From a cyanobacterium endosymbiont of Epithemia turgida isolate EtSB Lake Yunoko (GTDB lineage: Bacteria; Cyanobacteriota; Cyanobacteriia; Cyanobacteriales; Microcystaceae): a stretch of 32,000 nucleotides of DNA. Location of the stretch: the NCBI RefSeq assembly GCF_000829235.1, contig NZ_AP012549.1, positions 2,580,001 to 2,612,000 on the forward strand. Reading direction: 5' to 3'. The notes under the pieces are model-generated. The model was not told the DNA's origin. It was given only the letters and a program-made list of their open reading frames with translations, and did no database searches. Shown in pieces: positions 18,809 through 26,786 of this stretch (position 1 is the stretch's first letter; every line of letters begins with the position of its first letter). The position numbers and the translations under genes were made by a program.

Positions 18809-19533
18809 ATTGAAGATGATCAAGGATTGTTAATACATTGTACGTGCAGGAAGTAGATTTGCCCGGACTTGTGTATAGGAACTACTGAATCATTCGTACT
18901 GCTTAAGTATCTCTACTCTCTTAGCAGTTAACCATAGGCAGAAGTGTCCTCAGTCGTTTACTTAGCCCTCAGTGTAAAGAATGTTCTCTGTTACTGTTTA
19001 CTTCCAATTTTGGTTTATTTATTCAAGCTGTCAGGAACCACGTTATTTTCTTCCCTGTTTTTACCATATTTACACCACCAGAGGTTTCTAATTTGAACTT
19101 TTGCCGGCCCCTTGTTTTTATAAACTACGCTGCAGTTAAACAAAGTATTTCTACTATGTGTGATTTTACCATAAAATCTTTCTACAAGGGAGAGGTTTTA
19201 AAACTATCTTTTGGGAGATTATGCGAGTATGATAGGAAAAAATAGCTTTTCTTCTCAATTGAAAAATATCTATCAGCATTAACAGCTTTTCTTATTTAAA
19301 GAGGACTATTGTTCTCTACTTTACTAATCCATGTCCAATGGCTAAAGAATCCTGATATAGTAATTTGGTCTGTACTTGCTAATCCTGGTGTGTTGTGTCT
19401 TAATAATAAGAATAGTTTATGATCTAATAAGAAAAGTTGAACTGAAACACTAATTAAGATTTTGTCTATAAAAAAATTATAATCATCAATTAAAATAACT
19501 ATCATGATTTTCAGTAGAGGAAGAATTTTATAA

Positions 19534-20943
19534 ATGACCCCCAAAAATTTTAATTTTCATTCTGTGAAAATCATGATTATAGTGAGTACGGTAATTTTAT
19601 TAACTTGTAGTAGCTTAAGACATATTTTATTTCAATCTACTGCTTATGATTTAGCGATTTTTGATAATGGCATTTATTTAATTAGTCAGGGAAAAACTCC
19701 TTTTGTTTCTTTTCGAGGTATACATATACTAGGAGATCACGCTGCATTTATTCTTTATGCGATTGCTGGATTATATAAGATTTACCCTAGTGTTTATTGG
19801 TTATTTGGATTACAAGCGATTGCCCTTTCTCTGGGAGCATTACCAGTTTGGCAATTGGCAAAATACGCAAATTTGACCCCAAACTTAGCAATAGTAGTTG
19901 CGGCTTCTTATCTCCTTTACCCCTTAATTTTTAACCTAAATTTATTCGATTTTCACCCAGAAGTATTGACACTTCCTGCTTTTTTTTGGGCATTCCTGTT
20001 CGCTAAAAAAAACAACTTTTTTGCGTTCAGCTTAGCACTAATCTTTATTTTGAGTTGTCGGGATGCTTTATCTTTAACTATAACAGCAATGGGGGTTTGG
20101 CTAATATTAGGAGAAAGAAAAATAAAGCTTGGAGTGATTTCTTTAGGAATAGGAATAATCTGGTTTGTTTTAGCCACTAAAGTAATTATTCCTCGATTTA
20201 GTGGAGAACAGGTAGCTGCTGTTGCTAGATATAATTTTTTAGGAGTATCTTTACAGGAGATTATTTTAAATCTTTTTTTAAAACCACAAATTGTTCTAAG
20301 TCATCTTTTCACTTTAAATAACTTAGAGTATTTGTTGTTGCTTTTATGTCCTCTGATTTGGGGATTATTCCCCAAATATTTTTCTCCATTAATTGGTGCT
20401 CTTCCTATTTTATTTTTAAATTTACTGACTGAGAATAAAGAACAAAAAGATTTATTACACCAATATTCTCTTCCAATTTTACCATTTTTAATTCTAGTGG
20501 TGATTGCAGCCCTGAGTGTAGGACAAAGATGGTTACAAAGACCTAAATATATTATTTTGTGGTCATTAGTTACTTTTTTTGCTCTAGCTAAAGTTGGCTA
20601 TTTTAGCTCTCGTTACCTTGAATCTATTGATACTTGGTCAGCAACAAGAGAAGCGTTAAATCAAGTGACAAAAGAAGGTAATGTGTTAACTTCAGCTAAC
20701 ATTGCCCCCCATGTTGCCCATCGGACTAAAGTTGAATTAGCAATTGAAGGTTCACAAGGAATTAATCTTCAACAATTTGATGATATTTTGTTAAACAAAC
20801 GTCATCCAGGTTGGAATAGTTCACCAGAATTGGTTAACACTCTAATAGGAAGAATTGAACAAATTCCCGAGTTTAAATTAGCCTATAAAAAAAACCAAGT
20901 TTATCTGTTTGAACGTATTTCACCTCAATCGAATTTATTATGA
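19534..20943 (+). CDS. DUF2079-family polytopic membrane protein (GT-C-like fold suspected for the family)
   Basis: 469 aa with many TM helices. The N-terminal signature FQSTAYDLAIFDNGIYLISQGKTPFVSFRGIHILGDHAAFILY matches the DUF2079 pattern as I remember it. Confidence 0.75.
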   Translation: MTPKNFNFHSVKIMIIVSTVILLTCSSLRHILFQSTAYDLAIFDNGIYLISQGKTPFVSFRGIHILGDHAAFILYAIAGLYKIYPSVYWLFGLQAIALSLGALPVWQLAKYANLTPNLAIVVAASYLLYPLIFNLNLFDFHPEVLTLPAFFWAFLFAKKNNFFAFSLALIFILSCRDALSLTITAMGVWLILGERKIKLGVISLGIGIIWFVLATKVIIPRFSGEQVAAVARYNFLGVSLQEIILNLFLKPQIVLSHLFTLNNLEYLLLLLCPLIWGLFPKYFSPLIGALPILFLNLLTENKEQKDLLHQYSLPILPFLILVVIAALSVGQRWLQRPKYIILWSLVTFFALAKVGYFSSRYLESIDTWSATREALNQVTKEGNVLTSANIAPHVAHRTKVELAIEGSQGINLQQFDDILLNKRHPGWNSSPELVNTLIGRIEQIPEFKLAYKKNQVYLFERISPQSNLL

Positions 20944-21983
20944 ATGGATATTCTATTTATACTTAGAAGCAACAAAACTTTTTAATATCTGCATTATTAA
21001 TATCTAGGTGGTATTTTCAGTATGTTTGTAAGTAGGCGTATCTAAATCAATTCTAAATCAATTTAAATCTAAAAAAAATATTTTCTATGTCTATATTTAG
21101 GTAGTTATAATTAGATTTATATCGCTCTAGTCGATATTCTTCTCCTACTATATTGAGCCCTGGACTATAAGTTAGTAGAAAGTATAATATATACAATTTG
21201 TTTTCTTTCCATTGTCTAAGTTTCGCTTTAAATAAACTACTTGTATACACTAAGCAAATATGAATAACAATCATCGTATTTATACTTTTATATTTACAAT
21301 ATTTATAGTGTTTTTTAGCTTGATATATTGATTGATCTAAAACTTTTTTAAAAACTGCCTATTTATCAAGTTTAATTGAAACTTTTATTTTGTATATTAT
21401 TATCTTATTTAGTCTAGTTACTTTTTTTCTATGGAATTACTTTTTATTTATAATTTTTATATAGGCAAAAAAGAATTTTTTCATTTTTTTATATCAAAAA
21501 TTACTTTTTAATCTATTATTTTAGACTAAATTACTTATATAGTTGTTGACTATTATAAATATTCTTATATTTTTTTTGATTTAATTTTTTTTTTGACTTA
21601 TACAAAAATAATACCATGCTTATATTATTTAAATTATTGAACTATGAATTTTAATTCTATTGAATCTTCTGATAGTTTTTACTATACAATTATTTTAACC
21701 TTTAAACCTTTTATATTAAATATAATAGCTTGAAAACTATTGTAATTTCTTAGTATTTTTGGTAGTTACAAGTCAAGTTTAATAGCATTGACTGTTCTAA
21801 TTTTGTTAATTAAATTTTTAGTTTAGTATACAGTAGGAGCCCTTTTAAAACTACTTTTCTGTTTTAGGCTTTTTAAAGCCCACCCAGTTACTGTTAAAGA
21901 AAGCCTTAAATTTATTCTAATAGAATTGGATTTAAACCTATTGTTAGATATAGTCAAAAACAATAGTCTTTCAATAAGAGTCC

Positions 21984-22304
21984 ATGAGTCAATATTTTTT
22001 GATTGAGTCAAAAAGTCCTTTCGAGTCTACAGAAGTTATACACGATTATCAATTGGCATCTGATCTAGCTAAGTCAGGGCACGAAGTGACTTTGTTTTTG
22101 GTAGAAAACGGTGTACTAGCTACCCGCTCAACTATTATTCCCCCTGAATTAGCCAACCTAAATTTAGTTAAAGTCTTGGCAGATAGATTTTCCCTCGAAG
22201 AAAGAGGAATTGAGTATTCTGAAGTGACTTCTGGTATTGAAGTTTCTACCATATCTTCAGTAACTGATGCTATGGGACAAGGACAAAAGACCTTGTGGTT
22301 ATAA
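21984..22304 (+). CDS. DsrE/DsrF/DsrH-superfamily protein (DsrF/TusC- or DsrH/TusB-like, no cysteine)
   Basis: 106 aa. Its layout resembles the TusB/TusC subunits: HEVTLFLVENGVLAT ... VKVLADRFSLEERGI ... GIEVSTISSVTDAM..KTLWL. It contains no Cys. Confidence 0.65.
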   Translation: MSQYFLIESKSPFESTEVIHDYQLASDLAKSGHEVTLFLVENGVLATRSTIIPPELANLNLVKVLADRFSLEERGIEYSEVTSGIEVSTISSVTDAMGQGQKTLWL

Positions 22305-22383
22305 ATCAAGTTGAGGGTCGACATACGACAGCCTATGACCGGAAATTATCTACTGATTATTGTTTATTAGTAACTAACAAAAA

Positions 22384-22794
22384 ATGAGTACAACAACCCT
22401 TACATTTCTCTTGATGGATGCACCATTTGAACAAGCGAGAACAACCACTGCTTTTCGGCTGATGGATGCAGCCTTAGAAAAAGGCTACAATGTCAATGTT
22501 TTTGCCTATGAAGGAGCAGTTTCTTTAGCGTTTTCTCACCAGAGACCTCACGCTAATAGTATTCATGGCCGTACCTTTGAAGAAGAAAATCATCCATTAA
22601 CTAAAGATTGGGTAGCAGCTATGCAAGCAAAAGCAAAAGATAAAGGCTGTCGATTTGATTGGATTAATTGTGGTCTTTGTGTTGATGAAAGAGGTGTACA
22701 AGAAGCGATAAAAGGATGTCGTCGCGGCGGACCCCAAGATTTTTGGCAATGGGCTACTGAATCTACATCAACATTAGTTATTGGCACAAGATAA
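22384..22794 (+). CDS. DsrE/TusD-like sulfur-relay protein (candidate catalytic subunit)
   Basis: 136 aa. The N-terminus LTFLLMDAPFEQARTTTAFRLMDAALEKGYNVNVFAYEGAV follows the DsrE fold pattern. FDWINCGLCVDERGV aligns with TusD LNICVAAALRRGV, placing a Cys at the position of the TusD active-site Cys. Confidence 0.7.
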   Translation: MSTTTLTFLLMDAPFEQARTTTAFRLMDAALEKGYNVNVFAYEGAVSLAFSHQRPHANSIHGRTFEEENHPLTKDWVAAMQAKAKDKGCRFDWINCGLCVDERGVQEAIKGCRRGGPQDFWQWATESTSTLVIGTR

Positions 22795-22868
22795 GCTAAA
22801 ACCTATTGAAAACAAGTTTTAGTAAGGTAAGGAGTAAAAGGATTCTGAATTTTTAAGGAGTATCGACT

Positions 22869-23249
22869 ATGAAAGCATTACAAATTATTGAATCAGCTTA
22901 TCGTTGTATTGTTGAAGAACAAGATGATCCAGCTATTTGGATAGTTCAGGTTTTAAATAGAGCTGGTGGCGAAGTCGATATTTTGTTACGAGGCAATGCC
23001 GTTAATTATGCTGTTAGCAGGCAAGGGAATGAGGGGTTGACCTTAGGTTCTTGGCAACAAATTTGTCCGGCTAAAGTTGATCAAGATTTACAACAAGCTC
23101 TTGATAGCGGGTTAAAAGTGTATGCAATCGCAGAAGATATTGCCCAAAGAGGTATTCCTGAAGCAAAATTACTTAGTGGAATTGAAAAATTATCTCGTAG
23201 GGATTTACCTAATTTGTTTGAACAATATAAACAAGTTTGGCGTTGGTAA
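22869..23249 (+). CDS. DsrH/TusB-like (or DsrF-like) sulfur-relay family protein
   Basis: 126 aa with AAGGAG 8 nt upstream of the ATG. VDILLRGNAVNYAV ... LKVYAIAEDIAQRGI ... GIEKLSRRDLPNLFEQYKQVWRW parallels TusB (LLLLQDGV..; KVYALNEDLIARGL; ..DYTDFVRLTVKHPSQMAW). Confidence 0.65.
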   Translation: MKALQIIESAYRCIVEEQDDPAIWIVQVLNRAGGEVDILLRGNAVNYAVSRQGNEGLTLGSWQQICPAKVDQDLQQALDSGLKVYAIAEDIAQRGIPEAKLLSGIEKLSRRDLPNLFEQYKQVWRW

Positions 23250-23629
23250 CACAGTAATTAACGCGCGTTTAACGGAGACTATAACTTCTATTTTTCTCCC
23301 TGAATGAGATGAACTCTTTTTTCAAATAAAACTTACGCAATTAATTAGGGTTTGCTGGGAAAGCATAAAAATTTTTTTCTTTCCTAAAGACCCTTTTTAG
23401 CAACTCGTGCACGCATAGTTCCAGTTGATCAAGTAACCTTCCTTATTTTACAATTTAAAGAAAAATATATACATAATTGCCAATCATATCTGGCGACGAA
23501 CTAAATTACTTATACTGTTTTTTAACACTTTATAAATATTCTTGAAAGCAAAAGTAAGAATGTGGATAGACTGAATTTTGAGGCTTTTTAGAATGGAATA
23601 GCTTTATATCGATGGATTGATTCATTGAG

Positions 23630-24844
23630 TCATTCTAATAAATTTAAGATGGTTGTGGGGTTTAGCTTATTTTTAAACCACACAATCTTCGCGGGAGTAT
23701 CTGTGAATTTAACTCCTGCCTTTTCTAGATTCAATCGTTCAGAAATAGCTAGAATTAGATTGTCTACATCAGAATTTTGGACCTGATAAAATTTTTTTTG
23801 TAGGTATTCTGTCCGCCAATATCCAACAATTTCTAATAAAATGTCTCGCCCATCGGGATGTACTAAACGAAAGTCGGGAATCATTACACTCCCACGTAAA
23901 GGAATTAAATCCACTTCTCTTTCTAGTCGCCATTGGGTTTTCAATTTTGCCCATCGTTTGGCGAAGGACTCTTCCAACATACTATCATAGGTTTTTCCTT
24001 TAGGATAATGACTCACTAAACCACAGCGATCATCTAAACTAAAATGACTAGTTTTAATTTTTTCGGTATAACTATCCTTAATTTGTAATTTAGTTTCGAG
24101 ACTCCATTTACTAACATGAAGTAGAGCCGGAATCATTTTAGCTAAAGCTAACCCATAACGGGTACTAGCTTTAAATAAACTTGTCGGGCCATCTATCATA
24201 ATGGTAAACCCTGTATCTGCATCTCCTTCTATATAAGCCATTAATTGAAACAATTTAAGATAACGAAACAGCAATTTATATTCCCCTGGATTATTGCGAT
24301 GAGCATTAATTCTAATGTGACTAGAACGATAGAAAATTCCTTGAACTTGTGATAAATTATAACGATGAATTAATTCTTCTGAAGTAGGAGACTCAAAATC
24401 AGTCAAAATACGATTCTCTTGTAAGTCTGCATAAAGTCCTTGTTCAATTTCACTAGGCAAGATTTCTCTATTTAATTCCTCACTTAACAAACCGGCAATG
24501 TTGTCTAACAGATAGGAACGGTTAGCGGGAATAGGGAGAGATTCCGCGGCGCGACTAAATACCCGCTGTCGTAGTTGTTGGGGTTCGAGGGGGCTGACAA
24601 TTTCAAAAGTTGAAAAGTTATTTTTTAACAGATGGGCTAAACCTCGTTTAACCCGATAATTTAAATTATCTCCTTCTAGTTCTAGAAGCTTCTTATTTAG
24701 TTGTTCTTGAGTACTCCCTAGATGATTTTGAAAACAATCAATTTGTTCAGAAGCCAGGGTGAGTGTGTTACTATCTAAATATAGTTTTCTAGGAATTATA
24801 GATTCGCCAATGTGACGATAAATTAGTAAATCAGAAGGCAACAT
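23630..24844 (-). CDS. DUF790 family protein (Bax1-like PD-(D/E)xK endonuclease, normally the partner of an XPB-type helicase)
   Basis: 404 aa. It has the characteristic N-terminus MLPSDLL and a C-terminal nuclease core, MIPDFRLVHPDGRDILLEIVGYW (D...E-x-V/K type motif). The reading frame is intact. Confidence 0.8.
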   Translation of the reverse strand: MLPSDLLIYRHIGESIIPRKLYLDSNTLTLASEQIDCFQNHLGSTQEQLNKKLLELEGDNLNYRVKRGLAHLLKNNFSTFEIVSPLEPQQLRQRVFSRAAESLPIPANRSYLLDNIAGLLSEELNREILPSEIEQGLYADLQENRILTDFESPTSEELIHRYNLSQVQGIFYRSSHIRINAHRNNPGEYKLLFRYLKLFQLMAYIEGDADTGFTIMIDGPTSLFKASTRYGLALAKMIPALLHVSKWSLETKLQIKDSYTEKIKTSHFSLDDRCGLVSHYPKGKTYDSMLEESFAKRWAKLKTQWRLEREVDLIPLRGSVMIPDFRLVHPDGRDILLEIVGYWRTEYLQKKFYQVQNSDVDNLILAISERLNLEKAGVKFTDTPAKIVWFKNKLNPTTILNLLE

Positions 24845-25187
24845 AATATTTTATACGTGTTTTATATGTGTTTAATGACAAGATATAATTTCTATGTAGT
24901 CATTGATAGATCAATCATAAATTAACTGTCAGTTACTTGAAACTCCAATAAAACCTACACTAGTGAACATCTCCTATTGACCTCTAAAGTGGCGCTCCGA
25001 TAGTTATTATGGTTGATATTAGCAAGGAAGTCTATTGCAGACTAGATAGAGAAGTGTTAATTGGTTACAAAAAAGCCCTAGAATGAATGATACTCTAATA
25101 ACTATTAGATTTTGTCAACCACGGTATGAGGTTAGAAAAACCAGGATACTATGGAATTGAGTTTACATCGAAGAATAAACTATTAAA

Positions 25188-25975
25188 ATGAGTTCTATAC
25201 TTTCTATAAAAATAGCCTAATTTCATTAAGATTCTAGTAACCTGTCAGAATAAATTTTGGGTAAACGTATGTATTATGGTCATTAGGATGAAATAGGTAA
25301 CTATAAAATTAATAGTCGTCAAGCCTAGATAGACCTAATTTAAAAATTACTTAATTTGGGTCGGTATTTAAAGAGCAGAAAATTTAATTGATGTTGATTG
25401 TGGAATTTTAAAAAGTACCTGCTATTTTATATCAAAAATTCAATGCAATTGGGATAAAAAACTCCTATCCTCTGTGCAAGCTGCTAGAGCTAACGAAAAC
25501 ATAAAAAATGTTATTTACAGAAATAGTTGATTTTGAGGTAGCTGATGCTTTAAATATTCCCTCTTAGGATAATAATTTTGACCTAGTATAGTTCCTTTAA
25601 ACTGGTAAATATATGCTTAATAAAACTAAATTTATTGAAATATATTATAGAGTTATTAAACCAGGAGTGACTTTAATTTTAGCAACTTGGAGCCATCGTC
25701 CTATTAATTCTCTCGTAGATGAGTTAACTTCGAATGAAAACCAACACTTAGCATAAATTTATTGGGTTTGTTATTTACTCTATGTTATTTTTTTATCCGA
25801 ATACAAAAAAATTTTCAAATGAATCAAAAGTAATCAAGTCTGATGATTACTCGATAGATTATTTTAAATATTAACTTATATTTATCATTAATATCTTCTA
25901 CCATTTATTTTATAAAATAGGTAATATCTTCTTCAAGATTAAAGATATAATCGGCACTGGGTTTTGTTTTTTTTT
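25188..25975 (+). pseudogene. Decayed SAM-dependent methyltransferase of the gamma-tocopherol methyltransferase (VTE4 / Synechocystis slr0089) family
   Basis: Hand translation:
- Frame 3 from 25188: MSSILSIKIA*FH*DSSNLSE*ILGKRMYYGH*DEIGNYKINSRQA*IDLI*KLLNLG
- Frame 1 from 25381: NLIDVDCGILKSTCYFISKIQCN
- Frame 2 from 25448: IGIKNSYPLCKLLELTKT*..VDFEVADALNIPS*DNNFDLV*FL*TGKYMLNKTKFIEIYYRVIKPGVTLILATWSHRPINSLVDELTSNENQHLA*IYWVCYLLYVIFLSEYKKIFK*
- Frame 3 from 25833: IKSDDYSIDYFKY*
This is collinear with slr0089 as I remember it (LYEKIKNFYDDSSGLWEDVWGEHMHHGYYG..IDRRQAQIDLIKELL..ILDLGCGIGGSSLYLA..QFQVANALDLPF.SDSFDWVWSLESGEHMPNKAQFLQEAWRVLKPGGRLILATWCHRP....LTADERRHLQAIYDVYCLPYVVSLPDY...IKTADWS). 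There are at least 11 in-frame stops (for example 25218, 25227, 25251, 25284, 25326, 25341, 25502, 25565, 25589, 25598, 25754) and at least 3 frameshifts. The 3' boundary is approximate. Confidence 0.85.
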
Positions 25976-26473
25976 GAATAAGATTTAAATATTAATTAGT
26001 AGATTCAAAGATTATTAACAGCAGTCTTAATTTTCTCAAAAAAATTATTAACTAGAATATTGATTGGTATATATAAAGATGACTAGTAACGCTTGATACA
26101 CATAAAAAAATTCTCTTTTATTTATTCATAACTGACATATTTTTATATATTAGTATTTGAAGCTTTTTAGTCACTTGTTAAAAAGGTTTTCTATAGTTAT
26201 CTGACTTAGCATTAACTTATTTAACATCATGACGTCTATCTGTTACTAATTTATTTTTTTACATTAATTTGCAACGTTATTATGCAGTTTACTAAGATAT
26301 ATGCCAACTTTTATGATTTTAGTAAAAAACGATACTCTTCTTTAAATTTATTTAATGGCTCATTATGTTTAACTTAACAAAGATTAAGTCTGCGATAGAC
26401 TAACTTTTTTGTCTAATAGAGTTAATTATTTAGATAAAGTTTTCTGATTGTCTAATTTTAATGGACAAAAGTT

Positions 26474-26508
26474 ATATTTAGACTTATCTATCCGATAAGT
26501 CTAAATAT
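26474..26508. repeat. Perfect 15-bp hairpin with a 5-nt loop
   Basis: ATATTTAGACTTATC (26474-26488) pairs exactly with GATAAGTCTAAATAT (26494-26508). It lies in unassigned A+T-rich DNA 280 nt beyond the 3' end of the LysR gene. Confidence 0.5.
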
Positions 26509-26786
26509 TCCTCTCTCATTTTAAATCCAATGATGAGTAATGATAAGTATTTCAAAATTTCAAATCTTATTTATTAAACTAAGTGGAGTATTTAATGCTA
26601 CATGTGTAAGTTGAGTGAAAACTCCAAGCTTAGTTTAATTCAATTAAAACACAAAATATCCTAAAATATCGTCCATCTAGATGGATATGGCTTTTGACAT
26701 ACCTATTATTGATAATAAGACTATGTCTTTATATTCTTGATTTTTACATAACAAGTTTAATAGAACCTCAATTTTTACGTTAAATC

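Noticed and set aside
18483-20177. ORFs 18483-18734 (+), 19296-19544 (-) and 19953-20177 (-)
   Set aside because: They are antisense to, or overlap, pmbA and DUF2079, or lie in the A+T-rich spacer. None is supported by motifs or an RBS.
21053-22011. ORFs 21053-21274 (-) and 21823-22011 (-) in the extreme A+T tract
   Set aside because: They have the codon composition of random A+T-rich DNA (I/L/K/N/Y/F-rich). They have no RBS and no family resemblance, and the second overlaps the start of the first Dsr-like gene.
22049-23307. ORFs 22049-22324 (-), 22590-22787 (-) and 23122-23307 (+) overlapping the Dsr-like genes
   Set aside because: They are antisense or out of frame relative to ORFs that show DsrE-superfamily layout.
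23769-23954. 61-aa ORF inside the DUF790 gene (same strand, other frame)
   Set aside because: It is nested out of frame within a full-length family-supported CDS.
24845-25187. Possible remnant of the XPB-type helicase upstream of DUF790
   Set aside because: Hand translation of all three minus-strand frames showed no helicase motif or C-terminal similarity. At 343 bp the segment is far too short for a helicase gene.
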